Shown piece by piece: positions 15,894 to 25,193 of a stretch of DNA of 50,324 bases. The number at the start of each line of letters is the position of its first letter. Positions within the stretch are counted from its first letter, which is position 1. The stretch lies in contig CALBKY010000031.1 of the NCBI GenBank assembly GCA_937896045.1, forward strand, positions 1 to 50,324, given 5' to 3'. A model generated the notes under the pieces. It was not told the DNA's origin, ran no database searches, and saw only the letters and a program-made list of their open reading frames with translations. The translations under genes and the position numbers were made by a program. The DNA is from an uncultured Bacteroidales bacterium (GTDB taxonomy: Bacteria; Bacteroidota; Bacteroidia; Bacteroidales; Paludibacteraceae).

Positions 15894-18032
15894 ATGAATA
15901 TGAACACAAACAACAACCAGCAACAGCAGAACGAGAACCTGCAGAAGTTCGCTATCAATCTTTGCGAGCGGGCGAGAGCAGGAAAACTCGACCCTGTTAT
16001 CGGGCGTGACGAGGAGATTCGTCGTGTGCTGCAGATCCTTAGTCGGCGTACCAAGAACAACCCTATTCTGATTGGTGAACCGGGTGTCGGTAAAACCGCT
16101 ATCGTTGAGGGGTTGGCGCATCGTATTGTGCGTGGCGATGTCCCCGAGAACCTGAAAAAGAAACAAATCTACTCCCTTGATATGGGTGCCTTGATTGCAG
16201 GTGCCAAGTACCAGGGCGAGTTCGAGGAACGTCTGAAAGGCGTTATCAACGAGGTCGTTGCCGCCGCAGGCGAGATAATCCTGTTCATCGATGAGATTCA
16301 CACCCTCGTGGGTGCGGGCAAGTCAAGCGGTGCAATGGACGCTGCCAATATATTGAAACCGGCTCTGGCGCGTGGTGAACTGCGGGCTATCGGTGCCACC
16401 ACTCTGGACGAATACCAGAAGTATTTCGAAGAGGATAAAGCGTTGGAACGCCGTTTCCAAGTCGTAATGGTGGATGAACCCGATGAGGCTGCCACTATAT
16501 CTATCCTACGTGGCTTGAAGGAACGCTACGAGACGCACCACAAAGTGCGTATCAAGGATGATGCCCTCATCGCTGCCGTAACGCTCTCGACACGTTATAT
16601 CACTGACCGTTATCTGCCGGATAAGGCTATCGACCTCGTGGACGAAGCCGCTGCCAAACTGCGTTTGGAGGTGGATTCCAAACCGGAGGAGTTGGATAAC
16701 CTCGACCGTCAAATCAAGCAACTCGAGATAGAGCGCGAGGCTATCAAGCGTGAGAACGACACCGAGAAACTGAAAGGCATTGAGGAGCAACTCAAGACGC
16801 TGAAGGCACAGTCTTCCGAGATGGAAGCCCGTTGGGACAAGGAAAAAGGCTATGTAGCCACTATCCAGAACGAGAAAGCCCATATCGAGGAGATGAAGCA
16901 CGAAGCCGAAGTGGCGGAGCGCGAGGGCAACTACGGCAAGGTAGCCGAGATTCGCTACGGCAAGATTCAGCAAGCCGAGGCGAACATCAAAGCCGCACAG
17001 GACGCACTTCATTCTATGTCAGGCGAGAGCATGATTAAGGAGGAAGTGGACGAAGACGATATCGCCGAGGTAGTAGCACGTTGGACAGGCATACCCGTAA
17101 CCAAGATGATGCAGTCCGAGCGCGACAAACTGCTCCATCTGGAGGAGGAACTCCATAAACGTGTGGTTGGTCAGGACGAAGCCATCGAGGCGGTCAGCGA
17201 CGCTATCCGTCGTAGCCGTGCAGGCTTGCAAGACCCCAAACGTCCTATCGGTTCATTCTTGTTCCTCGGTACTACGGGTGTAGGTAAGACCGAGTTGGCG
17301 AAAGCCCTTGCCGACTATCTCTTCGACGACGAGAATATGATGACCCGTATCGATATGTCGGAGTATCAGGAGAAGTTCAGTGCGACCCGGCTCATCGGTG
17401 CACCTCCCGGATACGTAGGCTACGATGAGGGTGGGCAGTTGACCGAAGCCATTCGGCACAAACCATACAGCGTGGTGCTGTTTGATGAAATCGAAAAGGC
17501 ACACCCTGATGTCTTCAATGTCCTCTTGCAAGTACTGGACGATGGTCGTCTTACTGACAACAAAGGGCGGACGGTTAATTTCAAGAACACCTTGATTATC
17601 TTCACCTCCAACCTCGGTTCGCAACTCATTCGAGACAACGAAGAGAAAGGTATCGATCAGGACACTACCAAGAAACAGGTAATGGAGTTGCTGCGTCAGA
17701 CCATACGTCCCGAGTTCTTGAACCGTATTGATGAAATCATTATGTTCAAGCCGCTCAACGAGAAGGAGATACGCGAGATTGTGGGCTTGCAGATTGAGGG
17801 TATCCACAAGATGTTGCTTAAGAACGGTGTAGACTTGCGCGTAACCGACGATGCTATCGACTATATCGCCCGCGAGGGCTACGACCCGCAGTTCGGTGCA
17901 CGACCTGTCAAGCGTGCTTTGCAACGGCTCGTACTCAACGAACTCAGCAAGCAAATCATCGCTGGCAAGGTGGACAACCATCGCCCCGTCATCGTCGAAC
18001 TCCGCGACGGCGAGTTGCACTTCAAGAACTAA
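15894..18032 (+). CDS. clpB: ClpB-type AAA+ disaggregase lacking the N-terminal domain
   Basis: Aligns with E. coli ClpB from about residue 155 onward: both Walker A motifs ([16 protein letters not shown]), the coiled-coil M-domain, and GARPVKR. It begins with a poly-N/Q stretch. Only 171 nt separate it from the upstream gene, which is too short for an N-domain. Confidence 0.9.
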   Translation: MNMNTNNNQQQQNENLQKFAINLCERARAGKLDPVIGRDEEIRRVLQILSRRTKNNPILIGEPGVGKTAIVEGLAHRIVRGDVPENLKKKQIYSLDMGALIAGAKYQGEFEERLKGVINEVVAAAGEIILFIDEIHTLVGAGKSSGAMDAANILKPALARGELRAIGATTLDEYQKYFEEDKALERRFQVVMVDEPDEAATISILRGLKERYETHHKVRIKDDALIAAVTLSTRYITDRYLPDKAIDLVDEAAAKLRLEVDSKPEELDNLDRQIKQLEIEREAIKRENDTEKLKGIEEQLKTLKAQSSEMEARWDKEKGYVATIQNEKAHIEEMKHEAEVAEREGNYGKVAEIRYGKIQQAEANIKAAQDALHSMSGESMIKEEVDEDDIAEVVARWTGIPVTKMMQSERDKLLHLEEELHKRVVGQDEAIEAVSDAIRRSRAGLQDPKRPIGSFLFLGTTGVGKTELAKALADYLFDDENMMTRIDMSEYQEKFSATRLIGAPPGYVGYDEGGQLTEAIRHKPYSVVLFDEIEKAHPDVFNVLLQVLDDGRLTDNKGRTVNFKNTLIIFTSNLGSQLIRDNEEKGIDQDTTKKQVMELLRQTIRPEFLNRIDEIIMFKPLNEKEIREIVGLQIEGIHKMLLKNGVDLRVTDDAIDYIAREGYDPQFGARPVKRALQRLVLNELSKQIIAGKVDNHRPVIVELRDGELHFKN

Positions 18033-18033
18033 A

Positions 18034-18062
18034 GACCTCCCCAACCCCTCCAGAGGAGGGGC
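18034..18062 (-). repeat. REP-like GC hairpin element, family A (inverted copy)
   Basis: GACCTCCCCAACCCCTCCAGAGGAGGGGC starts 2 nt after the clpB stop and matches the reverse complement of 1725-1753 at 27/29. Confidence 0.8.
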
Positions 18063-18085
18063 TTGCAGAGTGAGTGAGGAAAAAG

Positions 18086-18120
18086 AGACTGCCTAATATA
18101 TTATTAGGTGGTCTTTTTTT
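18086..18120 (+). terminator. Intrinsic terminator of clpB
   Basis: 12-bp stem 18086-18097/18103-18114 (two G-U pairs) followed by T7. Confidence 0.8.
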
Positions 18121-18172
18121 GTTGTTCCATATTATAGAATAGACGAAATGTAGTTTGTGATGTACCCTTGTA

Positions 18173-18216
18173 ACCCGCGACAGACCCGCGATAGACCCGC
18201 GATAAACCCGCGACTC
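18173..18216 (+). repeat. 11-bp-period tandem array ACCCGCGAYAG x4
   Basis: ACCCGCGACAG / ACCCGCGATAG / ACCCGCGATAA / ACCCGCGACTC, read directly. Confidence 0.9.
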
Positions 18217-18313
18217 TTTACCAACTAATTCTGCAAACAGATGCTATCCGCAGGGTAAGGTCATGGAAAGCCAGGGCATATTCTTAATGTTTGCTTATTT
18301 CGCAGATAAAGTG

Positions 18314-18321
18314 TAACTTTG
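18314..18321 (+). promoter_or_regulatory. -7 promoter box TAACTTTG for the patatin gene
   Basis: TAnnTTTG match 19 nt upstream of the ATG at 18341. Confidence 0.5.
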
Positions 18322-18340
18322 CAGCAGAAAATGTTATACA

Positions 18341-19186
18341 ATGAAGACAGGTCTTGTTTTGGAAGGCGGCGGTATGCGCGGGATATATACGTGCGGGGTG
18401 TTGGATGTGATGATGGACAAAGGTTTTGAACCCGATGTGCTGTGCGGTACCTCCGCAGGGGCTTTGTTCGGTGTCAACCTGCCCTCCAAACAACGGGGCA
18501 GAGCCTTTGACTACAACTACCGCTATTGTGACAACCCGAACTATGTCTCCATCCGCTCGCTCATTCGCACGGGCAATATGGTGAATGTGGATTTCTCCTA
18601 CCGCCGTATTCCCCACGAACTTGCACCCTTCGACGAGGTGGCATACGAGGCATCCAAGACTACGGTCTTTGCCACGGTGACCAATGTCCGCACAGGCAAA
18701 GCCGAATACAAGCGGATAAACAACTGTCTCAAACAGATGGATTGGCTCCGTGCATCGGGGACGCTGCCATTTGTCTCACGCCCTGTACATATTGACGGCA
18801 ACGAGTATCTGGACGGCGGGCTGGTGGATAATATCCCATTGGACAAGGCTTTTGAGGAGGGCTGCGACAAAGTGATAGTGGTGCTGACGCGCCCGATAGA
18901 GTTCCGCCTCAACGAACATATGTATTGGCTCAGCAAGATATTCTACCCTCGGGATAAGAACCTGCAGCAGGCTCTTCGTGTGCGTAGCAGCAATTACAAC
19001 AAACGTATGCAGCAGGTACGCCGGCTGAAAGAAGAGGGCAAGATATTTGTTTTCTCACCCGAAACGCTATTGCCGGTGCGCCGATTGGAGCGCAATCCTC
19101 TTCACTTGAAGCAGGTCTATCATCTTGGTCTCCGTGATGCCACACGCGAATGGGGGCAATTAGAGGCTTATCTTCAAGGGAAATGA
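18341..19186 (+). CDS. Patatin-like phospholipase
   Basis: GGGMRG oxyanion motif, GTSAG nucleophile elbow, and DGG near the C-terminal half. Confidence 0.88.
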   Translation: MKTGLVLEGGGMRGIYTCGVLDVMMDKGFEPDVLCGTSAGALFGVNLPSKQRGRAFDYNYRYCDNPNYVSIRSLIRTGNMVNVDFSYRRIPHELAPFDEVAYEASKTTVFATVTNVRTGKAEYKRINNCLKQMDWLRASGTLPFVSRPVHIDGNEYLDGGLVDNIPLDKAFEEGCDKVIVVLTRPIEFRLNEHMYWLSKIFYPRDKNLQQALRVRSSNYNKRMQQVRRLKEEGKIFVFSPETLLPVRRLERNPLHLKQVYHLGLRDATREWGQLEAYLQGK

Positions 19187-19212
19187 TATCCTGCACTTTT
19201 GCATAAATAGCA

Positions 19213-19236
19213 ACTGCCCGACACATGTCAGGCAGT
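19213..19236. terminator. Hairpin between convergent genes
   Basis: ACTGCC(19213-19218)/GGCAGT(19231-19236) with inner GAC/GTC pairs. Confidence 0.5.
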
Positions 19237-19316
19237 CGTTATGATTACTCCTCTTAGTGGGGCTCCTTTCAGCCAAATGGTGTGATAGGTGTGCTCTTTT
19301 GAGGGGGAGGGGTTGC

Positions 19317-20741
19317 TTACTTCTTCTCGTTCATGTGAATGCGGGCTTTGAGTTCCCACGTGCGGATGCGGTCCTTGTAGAAGTTGTTGTTGTTCATGGC
19401 GATGAGGTCGCAGTTGGCGTCGGAGTTGTCGTCCCAACGGCGGCAGTTGTACACTACATCGTAGATACGACCAATCTGATACTCGCGGCTCACGCGCAAG
19501 CCTACCGCATAGTCTTCTCCGTATTTTGTAGTCGGGAAGTTAATCTGGCGCAACATCGGGGTGTAGAAGCCACGCGGAGCACCGAGTCCGTTGATACGTA
19601 GTGCGTTGTTGCGTCCGTTGTCGGGCGTCCACTCGCGGTGGTCGATAATGCCAGGAGGCAGAATGTTGCCGTCGAAGTCGGTCATGCGATAGGTACCTAC
19701 CACCATAGCGCAGTCCTGCTCGTGGAAAGCGTCAATGAACTTCTGCACGGTGTTCTCGTCATAGTACGTGTCGTCGGAGTCCAACTGAATGGCAAAGCGT
19801 CCGCATTTGGGGTGGTGGAGAGCCACATTCCAGTTGCCGCCGATGGCATGCCATGTCTTGTCCTGTGCGATGTAGATGAGGTTGTCGTGTCCTTCAGCCA
19901 CGATGCTCTTGATGACATCCACGGTGCCGTCCTCCGAGTTGTCGTCCACCACGATGACATTGTACTTGTACGGTGCGTTCACCTTCTGCGAAAGGGCACT
20001 GCGGATAGCGGTACCGATAGTGCGGACACGGTTCTTGCAGGGGATAACCACCGAAGCCTCATACTCGAAGCCGCCGCCGGTGAGGTCAATATCTTTGAAG
20101 CCCGGAGCCAGATAGCCGTTGATGTCCTTGAGGTGCTGGGTAACAGCCTGTTCCATCTCTATCTGCACACCGCGGTTCTTCGGGTCCACGTAGTCGAACA
20201 ACTTCTCGCCCGACTTGCGGGTGTCGAGTTCCACATCATAGTACAGGTACTCGTTGATATGCTCCAGCGCACCCTTTTGGCTGACCTTGAGACGCAGGTC
20301 GTAGAGACCGGCAAACTGATAGGTAACGTCCATGCGAGACACTGCCTCTTTGAGGGCGGAAGTGCGGTAGAAGAGTACCGAGCCGAAGTCGAAGTCATCG
20401 CGCAAAGCACCTAACTGATAGTCGATTACAGGCGCATTGGTGCGTACGTCACCCGTCTGGTTGAAGTGGTCGGAATACACCATCGCCGCCTGCGTGTCCT
20501 CCATCAGTGCCTCCATACGCTCGAGTGCGAACAGCACAAACGAGAGGGTGGTGTACTTGGTGTAGATAAGCGTGTAGGGCGTGGTGGCATGCTCTGCGAT
20601 AAAGCGTATGTTGTCGGTGCTACGCATATCGCCACGCAAGTAGTGGATGTCGCCTACGAGGGGTTGTGCCTCAAGGTTGGCAACGGTTGTCTTAACTTGT
20701 TCCTCGGATTGGAACGGAATAAAGCAAGTGATATTCTTCAT
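19317..20741 (-). CDS. Family 2 glycosyltransferase with an N-terminal extension
   Basis: VVIPCKNRVRTIGTAIRSALSQ...NVIVVDDNSEDGT...QLDSDD is a GT2 (GT-A) signature. Confidence 0.85.
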   Translation of the reverse strand: MKNITCFIPFQSEEQVKTTVANLEAQPLVGDIHYLRGDMRSTDNIRFIAEHATTPYTLIYTKYTTLSFVLFALERMEALMEDTQAAMVYSDHFNQTGDVRTNAPVIDYQLGALRDDFDFGSVLFYRTSALKEAVSRMDVTYQFAGLYDLRLKVSQKGALEHINEYLYYDVELDTRKSGEKLFDYVDPKNRGVQIEMEQAVTQHLKDINGYLAPGFKDIDLTGGGFEYEASVVIPCKNRVRTIGTAIRSALSQKVNAPYKYNVIVVDDNSEDGTVDVIKSIVAEGHDNLIYIAQDKTWHAIGGNWNVALHHPKCGRFAIQLDSDDTYYDENTVQKFIDAFHEQDCAMVVGTYRMTDFDGNILPPGIIDHREWTPDNGRNNALRINGLGAPRGFYTPMLRQINFPTTKYGEDYAVGLRVSREYQIGRIYDVVYNCRRWDDNSDANCDLIAMNNNNFYKDRIRTWELKARIHMNEKK

Positions 20742-20758
20742 TGTTCTATTATATTAAT

Positions 20759-20801
20759 AAGGTCTTGCGGGCATTACGCAACCGCAAGACCTTGGTTTTT
20801 T
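20759..20801. terminator. Perfect 12-bp hairpin between the NagB-LmbE gene and the GT2 gene
   Basis: AAGGTCTTGCGG(20759-20770)/CCGCAAGACCTT(20782-20793), with T-rich sequence on the plus strand and AT-rich sequence on the minus strand. Confidence 0.55.
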
Positions 20802-20802
20802 A

Positions 20803-22794
20803 TTACAAAATATGATACTGCACAAACGCCTCGATGGCTTCGTAGTTCGCCAAGCCCAACTGCGCATAGAGTTCGGCGGTAGCGTGGTTGCGGTCTTCGG
20901 CGCGTTGCCAGAACAGACGCTCGTCGTTGCCCATGAACGGTGCCGACTCCATCTGACTCTGGTGCTTGAGGATGGTGTTGCGCTTGAATCGCAGTTCCTC
21001 AGGCGACATAGGCACAGCCATCTCGATGAGGTCCACCTCCCATTCCATCCATGCACCGCGGTACATCCATATGCGGCAGTCTTTCAGCCACTCGTCCCAA
21101 GCCTCGGTGTGCTTCAGTTCGTCCAGAGCAGCCAGTACGGCATCCAGACATACACGGTGTGTGCCGTGCGGGTCGGCCAGGTCGCCGGCAGCGAATATCT
21201 CCTGCGGCTTCACCTCAAGCAGCACCTTCTTCACGATGTCTATGTCGGCTTGTGTGAGCGGTCCTTTCTTGATAGTACCGGTCTCGTAGAACGGCAGGTT
21301 GAGGAAATGGATATGGTCGGTGGGCAGTCCCATATGGCGGCATGCTGCGGTAGCCTCGCCGCGGCGGATAAGTGCCTTGACATTCAGGATTTCGCGGCTG
21401 TCCTGGTCGCCCACTTTCTCGTTGTGGAAGAAGTGCATATACTCGTCGTACTTCTTGTCAATCACCTTGTCCTCGGGCAGGTGCATCAGTTTGTAGCCCT
21501 TCATAAAGTCCATGAAGCGTACCACTTCGTCGTCGCAAACGGCTATGCAACCGCTGGTCTCGTAGGCGATATGCACGTTGTGCCCCTGTTTGATAAGGCG
21601 CGCAAAGGTGCCGCCCATCGATATGACGTCGTCATCGGGGTGCGGGGAAAAGATAAGCACGTCCTTCGGATAGGGTTTTGCACGCTCGGGACGGTTGCTG
21701 TCATCGGCATTGGGTTTGCCGCCGGGCCAGCCGGTGATGGTATGCTGCAGGTCGTTGAATACCTTGATGTTGCAGTTGTATGCCGAGGTGTAGAGCGTGA
21801 TGAGTTCGCTCAGCCCGTGGTCGTTGTAGTCCTTGTTGGTCAGTTTGAGGATAGGCTTGTGTGTCTCTGCACACAGCCATACCACGGCACGGCGCACCAG
21901 TTGGTCGTTCCACTCGCAGTTCGTAACTTCCCATGGGTGGTAGATACGCGTCAGTTGGTTGGCTGCTCCGAGGTCGAGAACCACTTGCGCGTTCTTGTGC
22001 AACTGCAGGAACGATGCGGGGCAGGCGGTGGAATACGGCACCTCAATCGCCTCGCGTACTATCGAAGCCTTGTGCTCGCCCCATGCCACCATCATTATCT
22101 CGCGCGCCTGCATGATAGTGTCAATACCCATCGTTACCGCGCTCACCGGTACCAACTCCGTATTACCGAAAATCACTTTCGCGTCCTCGCGGGAGTTATT
22201 GTCCAGAATGACGAGTCGGGTAGGGGAGTTCAACGGGGTACCGGGCTCATTGAATGCGATGTTGCCCGAGCGGCCGATACCCAACAATTGGAAGTCAATA
22301 CCACCCTCCTCTGCAATCGTTTTCTCATAGGTCTGGCAGAAGTCAATGATGTCCTCCTTCTTCAGGTCAAACGGCACCGTATGGATGTTCTCTTCCTTCA
22401 CGTCCACATGGTCGAGCAACTGGCTGCGGATAAGTGCCATATTGCCCTCTGTCGGACTTGGCAACGGATAGTACTCGTAGGCATTGAAGACCACCACATT
22501 GGCAAAACTCAGCCCCTCCTCTTTGTGCATGCGAACCAACTCTGCGAAGATGTCGCGCGTGGAACGACCTGCTACTAAGGATATTACGAATTTCTTACCC
22601 TCTTTCTGACGATTGCGAATCAACTCCGCAATATGCGTTGCTACATAGTGCGTACCCTCGTGCGCAGTTTCATAGATGTTGGTGTGTACATGCTCCATAC
22701 GCGTTACGAGCGACAACTCGTAAGCATTTGCAGGACGGTACAATTTCTCCTCGACATGGCTCAGGGAAATTTGCTGACTTAGGTTATTTCTCAT
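20803..22794 (-). CDS. Fusion protein: glucosamine-6-phosphate deaminase/isomerase-like (NagB family) plus PIG-L/LmbE-type deacetylase
   Basis: The N-terminal half is NagB/6PGL-like (LVAGRSTRDIFAELV, GIGRSGNIAFNEPG). The C-terminal half has the LmbE motif FSPHPDDDVISMGGT and the HxxH region. Confidence 0.85.
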   Translation of the reverse strand: MRNNLSQQISLSHVEEKLYRPANAYELSLVTRMEHVHTNIYETAHEGTHYVATHIAELIRNRQKEGKKFVISLVAGRSTRDIFAELVRMHKEEGLSFANVVVFNAYEYYPLPSPTEGNMALIRSQLLDHVDVKEENIHTVPFDLKKEDIIDFCQTYEKTIAEEGGIDFQLLGIGRSGNIAFNEPGTPLNSPTRLVILDNNSREDAKVIFGNTELVPVSAVTMGIDTIMQAREIMMVAWGEHKASIVREAIEVPYSTACPASFLQLHKNAQVVLDLGAANQLTRIYHPWEVTNCEWNDQLVRRAVVWLCAETHKPILKLTNKDYNDHGLSELITLYTSAYNCNIKVFNDLQHTITGWPGGKPNADDSNRPERAKPYPKDVLIFSPHPDDDVISMGGTFARLIKQGHNVHIAYETSGCIAVCDDEVVRFMDFMKGYKLMHLPEDKVIDKKYDEYMHFFHNEKVGDQDSREILNVKALIRRGEATAACRHMGLPTDHIHFLNLPFYETGTIKKGPLTQADIDIVKKVLLEVKPQEIFAAGDLADPHGTHRVCLDAVLAALDELKHTEAWDEWLKDCRIWMYRGAWMEWEVDLIEMAVPMSPEELRFKRNTILKHQSQMESAPFMGNDERLFWQRAEDRNHATAELYAQLGLANYEAIEAFVQYHIL

Positions 22795-22833
22795 ATCACA
22801 ATTTGTTTAAGAGTTTGCATACTTTTCCGACTG

Positions 22834-22841
22834 CAAAAGTA
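22834..22841 (-). promoter_or_regulatory. -7 promoter box TACTTTTG for the NagB-LmbE gene
   Basis: The reverse complement of CAAAAGTA. It lies 39 nt upstream of the ATG at 22794. Confidence 0.5.
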
Positions 22842-22956
22842 CTACTTTTTGTATTTTCCTGCAAACGGTTGCAGAACTTTCCTGCAAAAAAGCACTTTTT
22901 ATATGTTGTGCAACATGTATTCGGGGGTTATGCTTGCGCGTATCGTAGATAAGTGG

Positions 22957-22964
22957 TAACTTTG
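22957..22964 (+). promoter_or_regulatory. -7 promoter box TAACTTTG for the kinase-murQ pair
   Basis: TAnnTTTG match 75 nt upstream of the ATG at 23040. Confidence 0.5.
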
Positions 22965-23039
22965 CGGGCTGTTAAAGCAGAACAAACGTTTGTTTTTTGC
23001 TCCAAAGCAGTATGTTGCAGATATAAAACGAGAATAGAC

Positions 23040-23900
23040 ATGATACTAATTGCAGATTCGGGTTCTACCAAGACCCATTGGTGTTTGATGACTGCCTCGG
23101 GGCAGAGCAGCGAGTTCTTTATGGACGGTATCAACCCGTTCTATCAGACCGCCGATGCTATCAAGAACAGTGTGAGCAACCAGCTCCTTCCGCAGATGTC
23201 GCACCTGATGTGGGCGGGCAAAATCACCCATATCTATTTCTACGGCGCAGGTTGCACGCCCGAGAAGATACCCGTATTGAAATCCGCGTTGGAGGGCATC
23301 TTCAAGTCGGCTGTGGTGGAGGTGTACTCCGACATGGTAGGCGCGGCATGCGGCCTGCTCGGGCACGGCGAAGGTGTGGCGTGCATCCTCGGTACGGGGG
23401 CTAACTCTTGCTTGTGGAACGGCAAGGAAATCGTGAAGAACGTACCTGCACTCGGCTTCATCCTTGGTGACGAAGGCAGTGGCGCCGTGCTCGGCAAACG
23501 TCTCGTGGCAGACCTCCTCAAGAACCAACTCAACGACGAACTCAAGGACAAGTTCCTCACCCAATACGGCATCACGGCGGCGGACATCATCGAGAACGTA
23601 TATCGCAAGCCTTTCCCCAACCGCTACTTGGCATCGCTCAGCAAGTTCTGCGCCGAGAATATCGACAACCCGCTGATTTACAAGTTGGTATATGACCACT
23701 TTGACTACTTTGCCAAGCGTATCCTGACCCAATATCCCGCCCTGCCGGTCGGCTTCATCGGCTCTATCGCGTACTATTATCAGGACGTGCTGAAGAAGGT
23801 ACTGGCGGACAATGGCTTCTCGGTAGCCCAAATCTTGCAAAGTCCTATGGAGGGTCTCAAGGAGTACCACAAGAACGACATCGTGCCCACGCAGGAATAA
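23040..23900 (+). CDS. BadF/BadG/BcrA/BcrD-type ATPase, N-acetyl-amino-sugar kinase (MurK/NagK-like)
   Basis: MILIADSGSTKTHW and ILGTGANS ASKHA motifs. It is 286 aa and sits immediately upstream of murQ, as with the Tannerella MurNAc kinase MurK. Confidence 0.7.
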   Translation: MILIADSGSTKTHWCLMTASGQSSEFFMDGINPFYQTADAIKNSVSNQLLPQMSHLMWAGKITHIYFYGAGCTPEKIPVLKSALEGIFKSAVVEVYSDMVGAACGLLGHGEGVACILGTGANSCLWNGKEIVKNVPALGFILGDEGSGAVLGKRLVADLLKNQLNDELKDKFLTQYGITAADIIENVYRKPFPNRYLASLSKFCAENIDNPLIYKLVYDHFDYFAKRILTQYPALPVGFIGSIAYYYQDVLKKVLADNGFSVAQILQSPMEGLKEYHKNDIVPTQE

Positions 23901-23931
23901 GGTGCAGGATATAAATAGGTGTGCTGTGCAT

Positions 23932-24012
23932 ATTAACTATTAATTATTACTTATTACTCAAAGTGGATATGCTACGCATATTAACTATTAACCATTAACT
24001 ATTACTTAATAA
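23932..24012 (+). repeat. Two copies of the AT-rich multi-stop cassette (copies 4 and 5)
   Basis: GCATATTAACTATTAATTATTACTTATTACT (23929-23958) and GCATATTAACTATTAACCATTAACTATTACTTAATAA (23977-24012). The second ends 3 nt before the murQ GTG. Confidence 0.85.
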
Positions 24013-24015
24013 GCC

Positions 24016-24828
24016 GTGTTTGTAAAAATCACCGAACAACCCTCTCTGCACGACCACCTGGACGAGAAACCTGTGGGTGAACTGCTGCGGGAGATGAACG
24101 AGGAGGACCAGAAGGTGGCGCTTGCCGTCCGTGATGTCATTCCTCAGATAGAGAAACTGGTCGAAGGTATCGTGCCGCGCATGAAGCAGGGCGGACGTAT
24201 CTTCTACATGGGCGCAGGCACCAGCGGCCGTCTCGGTGTGCTGGACGCCAGCGAGATACCGCCTACCTTTGGTATGCCCAACACCTATGTGATTGGTCTC
24301 ATCGCGGGTGGCGACACTGCCCTCCGCAACCCTGTGGAGAAAGCCGAAGACGACCCTGAAAAGTCGTGGCAGGAACTGCAGGAGCACCACATCACCCCCC
24401 TCGACACCGTCATTGGCATCGCGGCTTCGGGCACCACACCTTATGTAATAGGTGCGTTAGAGCATGCGCGCGCATTCGGGTGCCTCACGGCATCTATCTC
24501 GTGCAACCCCGATTCGCCGGTGGCGCACGCTGCGGAGATTGCCATCGAACCTATCGTAGGCCCCGAGTTCGTGACCGGCTCCACGCGCCTCAAGTCGGGC
24601 ACCGCACAGAAACTCATCTGCAATATGATTACCACCACCACCATGATTAAGTTGGGTCGTGTCAAGGGCAACAAGATGGTCAATATGCAGTTGAGCAACA
24701 AGAAACTCGTGGACCGCGGCACCCGCATGCTGGTCGAGGAACTGGGTCTGGACTACGACAAGGCGCAGCATCTCCTCCTCCTTCACGGCAGCGTGAAGAA
24801 GGCGATGGACGCCTACCGCGGAGAGTAA
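24016..24828 (+). CDS. murQ: N-acetylmuramic acid 6-phosphate etherase
   Basis: SIS domain with GRIFYMGAGTSGRLGVLDASE, PPTFG and TGSTRLKSGTAQK motifs. GTG start. Confidence 0.9.
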   Translation: MFVKITEQPSLHDHLDEKPVGELLREMNEEDQKVALAVRDVIPQIEKLVEGIVPRMKQGGRIFYMGAGTSGRLGVLDASEIPPTFGMPNTYVIGLIAGGDTALRNPVEKAEDDPEKSWQELQEHHITPLDTVIGIAASGTTPYVIGALEHARAFGCLTASISCNPDSPVAHAAEIAIEPIVGPEFVTGSTRLKSGTAQKLICNMITTTTMIKLGRVKGNKMVNMQLSNKKLVDRGTRMLVEELGLDYDKAQHLLLLHGSVKKAMDAYRGE

Positions 24829-24882
24829 GAAATACCCCCTCGTATCTCCCCGAATTTTCGTTCCGATTATGTCGGGTCAAAC

Positions 24883-24926
24883 AGCAAGGGATAAGCAAGG
24901 GATGAGCAAGGGATAGGCAATCCATA
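24883..24926 (+). repeat. 11-bp-period tandem array AGCAAGGGATA x3 (+1 degenerate)
   Basis: AGCAAGGGATA / AGCAAGGGATG / AGCAAGGGATA / GGCAATCCATA, preceded by GTCAAAC as in the copy at 45737. Confidence 0.9.
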
Positions 24927-24960
24927 CCAACCCTAAATATGAGACCCTACCGAGCAAAAT

Positions 24961-25012
24961 TAACGGGAAATAAACGGCAATTAACGGAGCCTTTTTAATG
25001 GGTCTTTAATGG
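24961..25012 (+). repeat. 11-bp-phased TAACGG / TAATGG motif series
   Basis: AACGG at 24962, 24973 and 24983; TAATGG at 24996 and 25007. AATTCGTG repeats at 25036 and 25058 (22-bp spacing). Confidence 0.6.
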
Positions 25013-25193
25013 AGCCAAAAGCCGTTGTTGGAGAAAATTCGTGGTTAATTACACGGTAATTCGTGTTTGACCGGTTCTTCAGAGAATTGCGGTGGGGGCT
25101 TTCAGGCAGATTGGGGCTTGCATTTTGCAGGGTGATGTTGTTAAGTTAGAGTTAATTTTGTTGCCTACTCTTGCACATACGAAAACTTTTTCG

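Noticed and set aside
15894-18032. The N-domain-less AAA+ protein considered as a T6SS ClpV
   Set aside because: It has a full coiled-coil M-domain, which is typical of ClpB and reduced in ClpV. ClpV needs its N-domain to bind the sheath. No T6SS genes are nearby.
20812-22578. 588-aa plus-strand ORF opposite the NagB-LmbE gene
   Set aside because: It is an antisense shadow ORF. It has no promoter box, start context or recognisable domain, whereas the minus-strand product has two clear domain signatures.
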